Positions 40,461-54,673 of a DNA stretch of 64,000 nucleotides are shown in pieces. The position numbers and the translations under genes were made by a program. Positions within the stretch are counted from its first letter, which is position 1. Each line of letters begins with the position of its first letter. The notes beneath the pieces were generated by a model, which saw nothing but the letters and a program-made list of their open reading frames with translations, did not search any database and had not been told where the DNA came from. Location: NCBI GenBank assembly GCA_002633005.1, contig NMRA01000457.1:100145-164144 (forward strand), written 5' to 3'. The DNA comes from Phoronis australis (Eukaryota; Animalia; Phoronida).

Positions 40461-43410
40461 ATCTTGGCTAGCTCCATGCCTATCAAATATAGATGGCGTC
40501 ACATGTTCATGTTTACATATAGGCAATGACCCCATTCTGTACGATTTTTGTAACTAAATTGGTAAAATTGGTACTAACTACTATTGTCACTGTACTGTTG
40601 AAGAATTTCGATGATATCTTTCACTTTACCAATGTCAAAATAGTACTCCCTTTGCATATTCACAATTTAATGATTTTATAATCTTTAAGTCGGCAGGATT
40701 TTCACCCTAAAGTCTTAAGTCTGAAGTCAGTTTTCATGAAGTGGGCCCCTGGGCATAATGCGAAGGCACTAAATTACATATCATCAGTGTTGATTGACAG
40801 AAGAGTCGTGGCAATAACCAGTCGGAGTTTAACAGTTCCTTGAGTAGAGACTGAGAAATCTGAGTCAACATCATAAACATGATCATTATAAACACAAAAC
40901 GTGATTTGGTCTCATTTTAATATCAACTCATATTTGCATCGTTGTCATCAGAAAAGGTCGTCATCACAAAGGCTCAATAGTCCATAGGTGAAATTTCTTA
41001 TTGTTTTTAGGGTAAAGGCAGCATGAAGACATATTGGTTGAACAGCTCCGTTTACCCATTCCCACAGAACGTGCCTCTGTTGGAACTGACAAAGTGCAAC
41101 ACCTCTTGCCAAGTGACTAATCAGAATTTCGTCATGTACATGTGATGGAAGCTATAAAGTGCCTTTGAGATTTGACCAACGGAGACCTTGAAGTCATTAC
41201 GGCATTTATCGGTCTCCTGAGTCCTTAATAGTATTTGACCTTTCACTTTCGCGGATGAACGCGAAGTTCTGAGGGCATACAATTTGCAGACGACAGTTAT
41301 CACTGCGTGTAGATAACAGTTTTCCGACAAAGAATCTAAGCGGTATCTATACAGAGCTGCATGATTCACTTCGCACTCTTTTGCAACATTCCTCGTGCAT
41401 TCCAATTGAAATAAATTATTGGGTAAAAAGTTGAGCAAATGGCCTACGGTTTTTCAGTATTTAACTTTAGTTTTGAAGTCAAATCTTGGTGCCTTTTGTA
41501 CAAAATCCTAAAATGACAAAAACATGATTTTCTCCAAGGCTGTAATAAATTCGTCAAGTAAGTGAATAAGTTTGAAAACTGCACTTTTCTGAGCTCCCTT
41601 GCCTTCACAATGAAAAGTTCGTAAGTGTTTTCTCAAAATTTTACAATATTCCAAAGTAAAGTTGCCTCAATGTTGTGAAGCACTAGCGATTTTTGAAATG
41701 TCAAGATTTTTCTCACGGAAGATTGAGTATTTATTCGATGTTTTTTTGAGGTTGGCTTTCAATATTTTATTTATCTAAGATGATAGATTTCTCGTGCTTG
41801 CACTAAAAACCACGTTGCAGTTAACCCGTGCTTTCGATTCTGCTGCGCTCATACGATAAATGCTGTTGTTTTCCGTCATATTATTTACACGTCAGCACCT
41901 TATCTGTGATGTCACTGGATGTTTACAAGCCGACAACCGAATCTATTGTATTTCACACCTTAGCGTGACCTGTCAGCACAACGCTCGTTCATTTGAAGCA
42001 AAGAGCTCGTATCACTCCGCCTGCAGTGCCCCTAAGCGACATCTATGGATAAATTTTGTAATGTTTCTGACATGTTATCATGAATTGTACGCATGCAATA
42101 CATTTTTACAAACACGTATGATTTTGATATGTTGGCTTTATTTCTTCTGTCACTCATTCTTAACTTTTGAAAAATGTGTTCAACTCTGTAAGTGTATCAT
42201 AATACGTTTTAGTAGTAAGCTGTGATTTGTGTTGCCCGGAAATTATATTTAGAATTGTAAAAAGACTACCACTAAAATGATACAGTAGAAAAATGGTACC
42301 GTTGGAAATTGATGTTTGTTTGTCAGCAGTTACCTTACATTGTAGTTTAATTGATGTTAAAATTGATGTTTATTTGTCAGTAATTACCTCACATTATATT
42401 TTAATTGGTGTTGCGTATTAGTAGAAACCTTAGGTTGTAGTTTTTGTTAAACATAATCGTTTTAATTGGCATAATCATTGTTGAACACAGTGAAGTTTGC
42501 GAATTTTGGCTTTGAGAACACGTGGATATTGTTTCGACAGGGATCACGCCCATGCAAGTAACGGCTTTCAGACACTCTCGCAACTAGCCAAGGATTTGTC
42601 TCAAATATGAGGACCGTCAGGAATTAACACATATCTTGGATTTTTTGTTACCGTAGAAATTTATATTACGCACCTGTCAGCCGTCTCAGTCGTGGGCTGA
42701 TGGTTTTCCAATGTTTTTCCTGTTGGCATAGACTTGCTCTTGAAAATCAACTACTGGCTTCTGGTTCCTTATGCATCACTTAGATTGCTTCCAAAGGAAC
42801 AGAATAGTGCTAGTTTGGAACAATACCTGAAAGAAATTCAAATTTTGGGACGGAAAGTTGTCGTTTTGATACCAAACCCAATTGGTTGTGTAGATCCAGT
42901 GCAGGTACTCAGGAAGTGTCAGTACAGCCCAAAGACTACATTTATTCAGTTTTAAGGCCAAGTGACCTAGAATTATATAGGCTGTAAAAATGAACAGCCG
43001 AAGAAAAGTTCAAAACAATCCACGTGAGTAGTTGAGCGGAAAGTACATGTACGTAGGTACTGTAAGCTGTCTTGGAAGACAACTATTTTTAGATTTTTTA
43101 TATGTAATTTAAGAATATTTATGTTCTTGAATGCATGGCCTTGCAAAACGTATTAAAAATATCTGCTTTTTGTGCGTTTTATCGTGTCTGGGACCAAATA
43201 AATGATTCTCGTATACAACGACTGATCATGCATATGTAGGAAAACTAATGCATTGATTGTTCAGTTAAGTCCTTATCTCAAAGGGCAAGACTTGAAAATG
43301 GATACCAAATTAATTAATATGTAAAATGGCATAATGTTTACCTCCTGTCTGCTGTTGAACTAAAAGCCATTTAAGCACAATCTTGTACCTGGGCCAAGAT
43401 CAGAAAACCA

Positions 43411-44600
43411 TCGATTATTCCAGTCTATTTCCGGGACCTGAGTTTCCTGTGCGTCGGAACAATTCCTGAATGGCGCCATGTTGTCCTTGAAACGTCATTG
43501 ATATCACCGTGAGCGTAAAAGCGTTCACTTGTTATTTTGTTTGGCTTTTTTGATTCTCGTTTCTGTTCTTTTTTGTACAAATTTATTGAGTTATTGTCTA
43601 ACTTTTATCTGTTCTATGCATATCACGAGTGGTACTTAATGCGATCATAAGTTTGGAAAACGTCGCATCTCCAACACTAGGCCTACTGAGCCTGAAGTCA
43701 TCCCTGACTCGTCACGAGGGTATGCCAAATTACAGCAACAGTACCTGTTCTGGTAATAAATTAGAGGAAAGGACTCTCTTGATCGGCAAATGTATTTATC
43801 GCCACATCGTGAAACTGATGCAAATTTGTTTGGCAATTGCTGGTAATTATCACCAGCAATTGCCGAGTGCATTTCCATGTAATTTGTCTGCAAATCGGCA
43901 CCGTCTTTACTGGACGTAAAAAATATACATTAAAAACATCCACACACGGCGATATTTCAACAAAAGCATGTTTCATCTCAAGACAGTGTGCTAATCACCT
44001 TAATTGCAATAACGCGCACCTGTTCTTCATTTTTGCTACCCGAAGTATCCCCAGCAGTTGCCATGTGTTACTTCGTCCGGAAAATAATTACTTGATAAAT
44101 TGACTTAAATGTTCAATTATTGGACAAAACGTATTTTAAACAAAAACGTACAATCGATACACCCATTGTTTGAACTTTTAAATTAAAATTCCGCGATTAA
44201 AAACTCATAGGGGGAGGATTGTAGTGAACTGTAGCCCATGAGCTGAATGTCGGCGATGGGGAAATATCATATTGTTAGGGTCATGACGCAGTATTTCAAA
44301 ATTTCTTTGTCACACGAATTTCAGCTAATCAAGGCCCGCGGATCCAATTAAAGTGTTCATCCCACGCTGCGGAACACATATGTCGGCGCATGCCAGGCGG
44401 TCGGATTGAGATTATATGAATGCTTCATGCTCAATGGGAATTGTTCCTTTTACTTTAAATTTATTAATTCTTGTATCATTTGGCACCTAAAGTTATCTTT
44501 TTCAAGCTGTTTCTCCACCAATTGGCATTACGTCGATTGTTGGCCGTCAGCTGCCTCATAAAGTCGCCGGACACCACTAGTATCTTAGATTACCCTGTCT
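43411..44600 (+). repeat. Repeat family A, copy 2
   Basis: About 1.2 kb colinear with 48064-49190 (gagtggtactt.aatgcgatcataagt; ggtaataaattagagg; caaggcccg). Confidence 0.85.
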
Positions 44601-45235
44601 GAATTTATCTTCAATATTTTCGCAAGTTTAATTGTCAGAATAGTCTAACTGTATAGCAATTTTACTTAACTGTTTTGATACTGCATGTTCGTCGTTATGT
44701 TTATACGGTTTACCAGAGCTATCACTCTCAGTAAAACAGGCTTAGGCCCATTTGAATAACCGGCCTAATGTTATTCACTCGTTCTTTAGTGAATCTCACT
44801 TCCGACCCATCGGAAAATCTATAATGGCGGACTATCCAGTTTGTAAGAAATGAACAAGGATTTTTATGAATTTTTGGCCAGCGGATTTCGTTAGGATTCA
44901 CCTGCAGGTACTAGTGGCTTCGTTATAACATGTTCTAACAGTCTAATGAGGTTAAAACCTGTGCTACTCCACTCTTAGAAAAGGGGGTCGAAGTATTTGA
45001 CTTTTTCAGAGTCTAAATAGTTGACTGACTGCTCTTCCCGTTCATTTTGCTGTTTTGCGTTAATTGGTATTTTGCAAAGTTTGAAGAATAGGTTAAGGTG
45101 ATAAGTATTTGTTGAAGTTATATTACACGTATGGTGGTGAGTCTCTTTCCTTAAGTTGTCGATGTAGTTATTCTAGCTCGTTAGGCATGTGACGATTGTG
45201 ATTTTATACAATTTTCTTGAACGAGTACTGCCTCC

Positions 45236-45366
45236 CGTTCAGCAACGCTAGGACCTTGCTAAAAAGCAAGCCTTCGCGAGATATTGCCGTGCATTTTAAA
45301 TGAGAACACGTGACTTTGACTAGGTTTTAGCTAGGTCCTAGCGTAGGTCCTAGTGTCTACTGAACG
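45236..45366. mobile_element. Small palindromic MITE
   Basis: cgttcagcaacgctaggacct ... aggtcctagtgtctactgaacg inverted ends. Confidence 0.55.
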
Positions 45367-48063
45367 CACGCCTGGTGAGCAGTTGAAAGTGCCTCTGTTG
45401 CTCAATCAGCTCATTTTTGGCCTTATGTTCTAATACATTTATTGTTGTTTGAGATTGATATGTCGTTAAAATGAGTACATTGTTTTTTACAGTTGTCACC
45501 ACGAAGTGCTTTGCAGTTCATTGCGATTGATATCGACCATTAATTATTGACATTGTTGCATGTCTGATACGAAATATTTACTTTCATTCATTTCCTTAAA
45601 CCGTTAATACGAGCAATTGGATAATTTAAAGCCGCATCTCGCCTTGTTTGGTTGATCTGACTAAAAACGAAAAACTTTTACTTAATTGAAATCGGTCTCA
45701 TAGTATTCCTTAATGTAACAGGATTCCATTTCTGTTACCAGCAAGAATATCAAAACCACACATTTCCTGTGACTTGAGTAGGTAGCGGAAATAGAATCCC
45801 ATCTGGGTAAGAAATATTTTGCAAGACTATTTCATAAGAAAACGGCTTAATTTGATTTTCGCCTTTAAGCCTTATCAAAGCGAAATGCAGCTTAAATTGC
45901 TAGTTTTGCATGTATATGTATGTACACCTTTGCATTACTTCATGGGATATGTACAATTACCGTTGGTATTTTACGCGGATGTTTGGCCGAATAAAGAACC
46001 AATGAAGCACAACTTTTGACTGAATAAATTACTTTTAGCTTGTTTGGCAACTTTTTGGCATTCAGATGAAGGTATAAGTTTGCCTTGTTTGAAATTTAAC
46101 CATTGAGTTATGAGCACTGACAAGTAGTTATAAAATAATTCATGTTTGGCTCTTGTGTAATAAAACGTATAAAACCGTGATTCCGTAAATCCAAATTTAA
46201 CAAATAAAATACGTGCATGCTTACAGAGATTTTTCACTCTTCCATTAATTCTTGTGATTTAGTGGTATTTCTTAGTTGTCTTTGCAACTAATTTTCGTTC
46301 TTCAGATTTCCATTGCTCTGCAATATCCTGATCAAGGTACCCTTGTGCAAAAACTGTCCCTAGATTGTGAACCACTTGCACACGTTTTGACTCGGAGACA
46401 GTGTCGATTTTTCTTAGACAATGATGTTGTAAACCTGAGCTCCGTTCAAAAACTTGTTTTGATTTAGCCCAATTACCGGCATACAACTGTGTTCCAACTT
46501 GTTCCGTACTCTGTTGAGAACTGATTCCTGCTTTTGCCAAGAACAGAAAGTTCGTTATTTCTCGACATCATGCTCAGTGCACAAACTGTATAGCCTGGTT
46601 TTGAGCAATAAGCTCTGTAACCACATACAGTTTTACTAAGGAAGAGTTTTAGAACAATACATTAACCGTAATTGGTCTAAATTAACTGTTGTTTTCCGAT
46701 AGAGGGTGGGTTAATAATTCATAAAGTCATACCAGTCGGATTATTCGGTTTTGGAATTTCTGCACTAATTTTTGATTATTGGTTACAAGGTAGAGTATAT
46801 GCAACATCAAGACTTTGGCTTCGCGTAGGTGGCATGCAGTATCTACGAGTTTGTACATTTCCAAATAAATGTATATACTTTAAGTAGAAATAATATTAGT
46901 GATTGCAGTGTCCGCGCTTCCCTATAGGGCCGTCCCGGATAACACGGCGACACTCGAATCTCGGTGTGTTTACCCACAATGCCGTAAACATCTGTCAAGC
47001 ACATTTTCAGTTTCACAGGTTATCTGCTGTTGTCTGATTCTTTGCAAATTTTTCTCAGTTGCATTACTCTATTCGTCCTTTCAATGCCAACGAAGTATTG
47101 CTGCTGGGCAGGGGGTTGCACTTCCGACGTGAGAAAGTTTGATTAACTGGGCAAATACCGGTTGATGCGTGATGTGAAATTCTTCGCCTTCCCTACATCA
47201 ATCAGAGAAACGAAAATGGACATAATTTCCAAAACGAGGTCACGCGCTTTCTTATCTCCGGGACAAAGGAGAGTTCTATCGCCGTGTAATCCGGGATGGC
47301 CGCATTCTACCTGCAATCGGACTCGATAGATGTGCATGGTTCTGTCAGATACTCGCAGATACTCCTTGTATAACTCATACTATCCCAAAGCCAGTTGAGC
47401 ACAACAAGCGACTTATCTTCAAACCGAAAGCTCGAACATTTGTGCGCAAGGATCTGTACAGACCTTCACTGGGTTAGCATTTCATTGATCAATAAGTGGA
47501 ATTGTTTCATTCAGAAGTGCTAATTTTAATTAGATTCGTTTAAAAAGTGTCATGAATTTTCAATCTCCTCGTAAGCCAGCTCCAGTAGATGCACCCAGGA
47601 CAGTGGTCGTAGTTGTCTGACTGACTGGTTCAGTGTACACAGTCGTAATGCTGACATAATTGCAAACTAAGAGCATTATGATATTCCGCGGAGTTTTCGC
47701 CACTACCTTCCACGATATCTTAATCATCTCTCTCAAAAACCTTACCTTCTTCAGTGATACACCTGCCGGCCATGTTATGCCTTTCCAGCCTCATTCGTGT
47801 ACTCTCGGTGGAGCTAAATGGAGTTAAATTGACTGTCACACTCAATTGGTAGATATTTGACTGATTTTAGCGATCGTTCTTGTGACACTTAACAGAACTG
47901 GACAGAAGCATTGAGGACAATAATCCTTTAGATAAAGGCTTTTCAGAATTTGTTTTCTCAACCTAGTTCAAATTAAGTAATCTATAACATGGTATAGTGT
48001 TTTCTTCCGTTCTTTGAGTCTTTTTGAGCACAATTTTTTACCTCGGCCGATATCAGGAATCAT

Positions 48064-49190
48064 CGACTATTCCCTTCTATTTATCGTGACCTGTTCGTTT
48101 CCTGTGCATCAGTTTAGGAACAATTTCTGAATGACGGTCATGTTTTCCTTGAAAGCGTATTGATATCACTGTGAACGTAAAACCGTAGTTTTCTTATTTG
48201 TTTATTTTTATTCAACTTTGATCATTTAGTGTCCAAGTTTTATGTGTTCTTTACATATGAGTGGTACTTTAATGCGATCATAAGTCAGCTCCGACTCGTC
48301 GCGAGAGTTCGTCAAATTTCAGTAACAGTACCCGTTCAGGTAATAAATTAGAGGGAAAATCTTTCTAGATCCGCAAATGTCTTATCTTGATCGCCATATC
48401 GTGAAACTAGTGCAAAGTGCAAACTGCACCCGTACCAGATTGAGCAATTGCCGTGTGACTACCTGGACGTGTGAGCACATTTCTGCGTACTTGGAAGCAA
48501 ATCCATCGGCTTTACTGACACGGCGATGTTTCAACAACCAAAAGCAACTTTCATCGCAAAACAGTGAGATCCTCACCTGAATTGCAGGAACGCGCACCTT
48601 TGCTTGATTTTTTCTGCTCGGACACAACTACTGGCGAAGTAAATCCCTGACGCTTGCCTTGTCACTTCGCCGGGAAAATAATCACTTGCTAAATTGGCAT
48701 TTATTTTCAATTCTTAGGCAAAATATATTTTAAAAACCTTCAATGTATACCTCCGTTGTTTTAATATTAGAATTACGCTACTGAAAACGCATACAGGGGA
48801 GTGTAATGAACTGTAGTCTAAGAGTTGAATATTGGCGATGGAAATATATTGCAGTGTTAGAAGCATGACGCACTATTTTTCAATCTCTTTGTCGCACGAC
48901 TTTCACCCATTCAAGGCCCGAGTTATTCTTGCGACGCGGAGCACAGTTGTCCGCGCAGGCTAGGCGGTCGGACTCCTTCGGTTAGTAGCCTATACGAATG
49001 CTTTAGGCTGAATGGGAACTATTCCTTTTACTCTAAACTCATTAATTCTTATATAATACCATTTGGCACCACGTAATGCTTTCTGTCTTAAGTTATTTTG
49101 TAACCAGTTGGTATTCTGTTGTTTAGTGTTGGTCGTCAGCCGCCCTGCCGTAATGAAAGTCGACGGAGACCACCGGTAGTTTTCCTGTCG
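48064..49190 (+). repeat. Repeat family A, copy 3
   Basis: Colinear with 43411-44600. Confidence 0.85.
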
Positions 49191-50789
49191 TATGCTGCTG
49201 GGTCTTTAAGTTGACATTTTGATGAGCTGTACATTTGTTTCGATTTCAAAGATATTGGCAAATTGTGTTTACCTTTGTATTTAGACATGAAAGTGCATCA
49301 TTTCTGCAAATTCATGAAATTTCCGCCTAATGACCTATAGCCTTGAATCTACAGCAAAAATATTTGTTCGCTTTCTTTTCCTAAAAAATACGTCATGAAG
49401 CCTAAATAGGCATGGTAGCATCAGTACACTAAAGATGATTTTCAGTGTATAAGTGACCGTTCAGCATCTAGAAGATCTTTGGCGAATGTTACACTCGATC
49501 ACTTCAACCTGCTATGATAGCTAATTGATTCTCAGTGACTATATCCGACCTACGGACCAATCAGATGTTCCTAAAAGTCACACAAAGTACTCCTACTAAC
49601 AATGGAGGATGGCTATTGAGATAGATCTGTAAAATTTATTTGAATTGAGAAATTAATAGTCATATCTTATCTGCCACACTACTTCAATGTTGGAGTAAAT
49701 TTCCAAAATTCAATGCATTTGTTCAAAATCTGCTGAAATTCAACGGCCGTCGGACACAGGAAAGAAGCAGTTTCCATGGAAACTATTAGGATGTGCTTTG
49801 GGGAAAATGAAAAGTGGTCTGAAGTTTGTCAGAGATGTCTGTGACATTTATTACTTTCTGTCTGCCCCGTCCATGACACGCTCATAAGTGTTATTGTGGA
49901 AATATTCCAAAATATTTTTGAAATTAAACGTAACTTCATTGACTTGAAGTTTGATTGTAATTCTGCGTAGGAATACTAGCATAATAGAGCTTACATGAAA
50001 GAGTGCATTGCGCATGACAGAACCATTCTTTAAAGTTGAATATGCATTATCAGACCAAAATAAACAGTGCGAACAGCTCTACACCGCACCAAAATACATA
50101 CCCCAAGCAAACAAACATTTCACCAGCATGAGAACGAAACCTATGAGGCGGCCATATAACCTCTATTATGCTAATATTCCTTCGCAGAATTACAATCAAA
50201 CTTCAACTTAGCGAAGTCTCGTTTAATTACAGAATTCTGCGTAGGAATACGCATAATACGGTTCCATGAGACTTTAAAGCACCTGATGTGCATATTCAGA
50301 AGCAACAATAAATAATCAAATGAATAGTCATTTATTACTGGCCACATCATTCAGCAACATAGAGGCAAAAAACAACAGAAACACCAACCTGTTTATGATA
50401 GAACCGAGAAAATGTAGATGCACATGACCACTCAATTGTGGCCATAATTGTAGAAACTGGCACTGAACATTGCTTGGCAGCTGACGCACTAGCTGCTCTA
50501 GTACTATGAGCGGCAAACTGGAAAGCATCAATACCTGACCTACACATGACAACTTTAATCCAACACCTCACCGTGTTTATAGCCACTGCATGATAAGGCC
50601 TCACATAGCTAATCAACAACCGTGATGGACTGCATCCCTCGAATCCGAGAAGTGCAACTCAAATATTTATTAAGCACTATATTAAAACACAGTCGCCTAT
50701 TTGAATGGTAAGCTTTCAAAGTTACAACTGGAGGCATTGCCGGTCTACTCTGTTTTACATGTGATCGAATAACAAAAACACAACCAGAC

Positions 50790-51443
50790 TTATACCACAC
50801 TTTCAGCCTGAAATGGCCAATACAGCCATGAAATAACCCATTTAGTTATTCAACGCGCGTTGAATGACAATTTGGCGGGAAAACATGGCTGGTTTCGAAC
50901 GCGATCCGCAAGAGCTTCGAGTAGTTGACTTTACCACAGCACCACTCAGCAGCTGACGTCATCGAACGTAAATTTAAATGGAATACTTAAATGACCACGC
51001 GCAACAGTTGCGTGTTCATCAAACGGCATTGTACCGATATTTATGAAAAATAAGACGCACAATTTCAATAAAAACGACATCTTTAATTCAGTAAAATTCA
51101 TCTCTGTCGTTTTCTCTCACTTGTAAACCATCGATCTCCAGTTTGAATGCGAGTAACGTGTAGTCGGGATCCTTCGACTTGGACATTATTCTCAGTAACC
51201 ATTGGTAACCTACTTTAGCAGACGATATTTTCACGGTGGAAGCTTGGCATGAATAGATGCGTAGTAAGCTAGACTAGTTGCTTAAAGATTATGTTACGAT
51301 TCACTGTATTCCTATTTTGTTTCAATTTTTATTTGGTTTGCCCTTATATAGAGCCCTCGTGGATTTTGTACAATTATCCTAATTTCATTCAAGCTCTAGA
51401 TTGCGAGAGATAACGACTTCGCCATGTAATAATCTATATTTAT
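50790..51443. mobile_element. About 650-bp non-autonomous insertion in the YR gene, bounded by TTAT direct repeats, with a tRNA-like segment
   Basis: TTAT at 50790-50793 and 51440-51443. Removal restores the YR frame (MVKDK-SGCVF). B box GTTCGAAAC on the minus strand near 50895. Confidence 0.8.
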
Positions 51444-51529
51444 CTTTCACCATACCAGCAATATCCAATAAAGGAATAGTCTGACATCTCTGCGCAGACA
51501 ACAAAGCTATCAACATGACAAGCTTCAAT

Positions 51530-51938
51530 AGTCCCGTTTAGACATCAACTTTTGGCTCGGCTTAACTGACACGGAGAAAATTGACCCGTGTCAAGCGGCA
51601 GCTTACACACACAACTCACTAACCGTGGCAAGACGGAAATTGCAGGCTGGAGAGACTGGATCGCACATGTGCAGGTTTACAAATGACGAGAGTTGCAGAG
51701 ATAAAGAACCCGTATGAAGGTCAAAGCACAAGCACAGTAGAGATGACCCTTTCCGTCTTGCTCCAGTTTCGCGTTTAGACTTATAATTGACACGGCGCAA
51801 GATGTTTGGGCGCAAATTGCTCTACCTCACAAACGGGTGGCAAAAATTTGTTACTGTGGTGTCAATTTGCTCCGTGTCAGTCCGTTTACACACTGGAACA
51901 ACTCGTTCTGTGTCAACTTTGTAAGTGTAAACGACACT
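51530..51938. mobile_element. PIF/Harbinger-like MITE inserted in the YR gene, AAT TSD
   Basis: Ends AGTCCCGTTTAGAC / GTGTAAACGACACT with AAT on both flanks. Removal restores KDLT-LKLVML. Confidence 0.85.
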
Positions 51939-54673
51939 AATGTTAAATCTTTGAAAGTCAATGATGCCACAGGAGACAAAGTTCTAAAATAATTCAACAC
52001 CAGGCTAACATCCCATATTCGAGTGTACTTGGTTCCAGGAGGTCTCAGCAGAAACACTCCTCGCATAAACTTCACAACCAGTGGATGACTGCAAAAAGAC
52101 TCAATCTGCCCAAATATAACAAAATTAGATAAATCACTACGAGCAGAGTTCACCGCACTCTAACTCAATCCATCTTAAACTAAATCAGCCAAGCTTGTCC
52201 TAGAATACTCGTCGATGGGAGGAGGTGACTACAATTTTAGGAGACCAGCACAAAAACAACAGTAGAACAGATCCATCCTTACAGCAACTAGAATCCAAAT
52301 GGCGGGAAGTTCTTAACTCCCTAAACGTCACTTCCGGAGTAATGCACAACTATTTAATGAAATTACTTGGAGCCATAATTAACCGAAGCATATGTCTGGG
52401 ATAATCAATGAACCGTATTTTTATTAAAAATGACACAAAAACATTGCCTTTCTCTTTAATCCCATACTAGTACAGTGCATAAAGGTGTGTGCAAAAATGT
52501 GGTAGCGATGCGATAGGTAGACTTCCGAGCAAGCCATGTGCATTGATGCCCACACGTGGTATTCCGTGTGTCATCATGTTTCCACAGGGCCACAATTCAG
52601 TGTAGGTGGCTATGTGTCACAAGGTAGTAATCAACCCTACCCAAGATTAGTCTGGGTGAAAAACTCCAAATATACAGCTTAGGAACGATTTGTGTAAAAA
52701 AATGGCGAAATAAAATCTGACTCATTAAAAACTATCTCTTTCCTGAGTAAACCAAATAGGTCACGAGAGTTAGCAAAATCACCGTTATGCCGTAATTTTG
52801 CTGCTAAATTTGAAGCAATAACATGCGGCGGATTTCAGCTCCATGAAATAAAGCGTTACCTAGTGGTCATTCTTCGCCGATTCTTAAATTAACTGCTCCT
52901 CTTCCACAAGGTTATGCACAGATGACAACAAATTATCGGAATGGGGACCACTTCGTTATATAGCTTGGTATTTTATAACTTGGAAATCGAATTTTTGAGC
53001 AAATTGTCTTTCGGAAAAGTTGTCCTCTCCCGAACGATGCCTCAAAAGTCTAGCAAACAGCGTGTGCGGGTGTCATAAGTGTACCGACGTCATTGTTAAA
53101 AAGACCAGGGAATACTGCAAAAATCTTGTTTCCCACTCAAACGGTTGCAACGGGAAAAGTAAATGTCGGTTAACTTCAAGGTTTGCATTGTTTTCGTCTC
53201 GTCGTTAGCTTTTAAGTTCTGAGGCGGTGGGGAATTTTCACACATCACTCTCATACATGTCAACCAATACAGGAATTCCGTCTTTGCTTCGTTTTTTGCC
53301 GTTTCTGTAGTACTGCGGCTTAGCGCCAAAATGCTTCCTGTTTTCGGTAATTAATACGCATTTTTACCGAATAATTAAGTGTTCAAACCTTTGCTTTGGC
53401 TTTTACTGGAAATCTCTTTTATCGAAATAATCTTATATCAAGAACCTTGCTCGACAGGGCCAAAGGAGTAGGAGTAAAAAAGTCAGAGTTACTAGATGTA
53501 AGAGACTGTAATAGGTAAGTACATGTAGGTACATGCAATACATTTGGACACTTGACCTTATTTTGACTCGTTTTTGTTACGAATACTGATATGGTTAGAG
53601 CAAAAATGGTTGACATGAAAGCAATCTCTAGTTGTATTTTGACGCTACTCATCACAAAGCTAGTTGGCTGACTAATCCAAGGTCAGCTGTTCGTATTTCT
53701 TCCCTAGACTTGCTAAATACTTATTTCAAAGCGCGTGACGGTTTTTTCTTTTTCTAAGTTGGGAACGCACGTGTTCTAAATTGCATTTCCCGCGTGAGAT
53801 AACATAGGAGTTTATTGAAAAAATGGAAACTTGATGCAAAAATGATGACATGGAATTCGTGTAACCCTTTATTATGGCACTTTCAGGTAATTTTATGTTG
53901 CGCCCGCTCGAAAGTGATCTTAACTGTAAGTCTTCTTTTTTTCCTTACATGTACGTCTCAAAAGATACGGAAAACAAAGGCGAAACATAGTGACAGCGTT
54001 GTCCAGAGTGGATTACAATGAAATCGTTCAGTAGTTGCAAAGGCGAGATTGAACGAATGGCCCCCATACCCCACGGTCCTCTCCACCCACGACCCCTTTG
54101 ACCCACAGCCCCACGGCCCACAACCCCCTCGACCCACGACAATAGAGGTATCTTTGTGCTTTTTACGCATTTCATCTTATTACATTGCTGTCGAGTGACT
54201 TTCCCATAAGACTTTACTATACGAATCTGCTCTGGCTCAAGACTGGTGGTTGAAAAACAGAAAGTGGCGTAAGAACATGCGCGCACCCAGGGGGCGGGGG
54301 TCTCGGGGGGTATCGAACGAGCCCCCCATTTGGCGAAGTGGGCAAAAAGGCCCGTCCCAGAGAAACAAAAACTCCGAGAAAACGAGACAAAAGTCCACTA
54401 AAAAGGCTCAAACGCACAATTCACAGCTGTGGACGCGGTACCCCGTTTTTTAGTCCTTTGTCTTCTTTGTTGGCAAAAGGTCCAGATCGTCGGAAATTCT
54501 AGCCCCCTAAAAAGCAAATAGCATACAGCCGCCACTTCTGTCAAATTACGAAGGTCTGTAGCTTTCGAAATTTTGTTTGCGTAAATGTTTATCGCCTATG
54601 GGCCACATTGTTTTCCTTTGTTGCATCTTTGCTGGACATACAGTACAATACCGGTAGAATGGATATCGTACGT

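Larger units (their letters stand above)
49921..52192 (-). mobile_element. DIRS1-like tyrosine-recombinase retrotransposon 3' portion (YR pseudogene, ICR, right terminal repeat)
   Basis: YR motifs NSARSDLS, HPLVVKFMRGVF.LRPP..Y..WDV, LKLVMLIALLSAQRCQT, KQSRP and AHSTRAASAS..WS..STFSRFY. 49922-49997 is inverted at 50154-50228. Confidence 0.9.
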
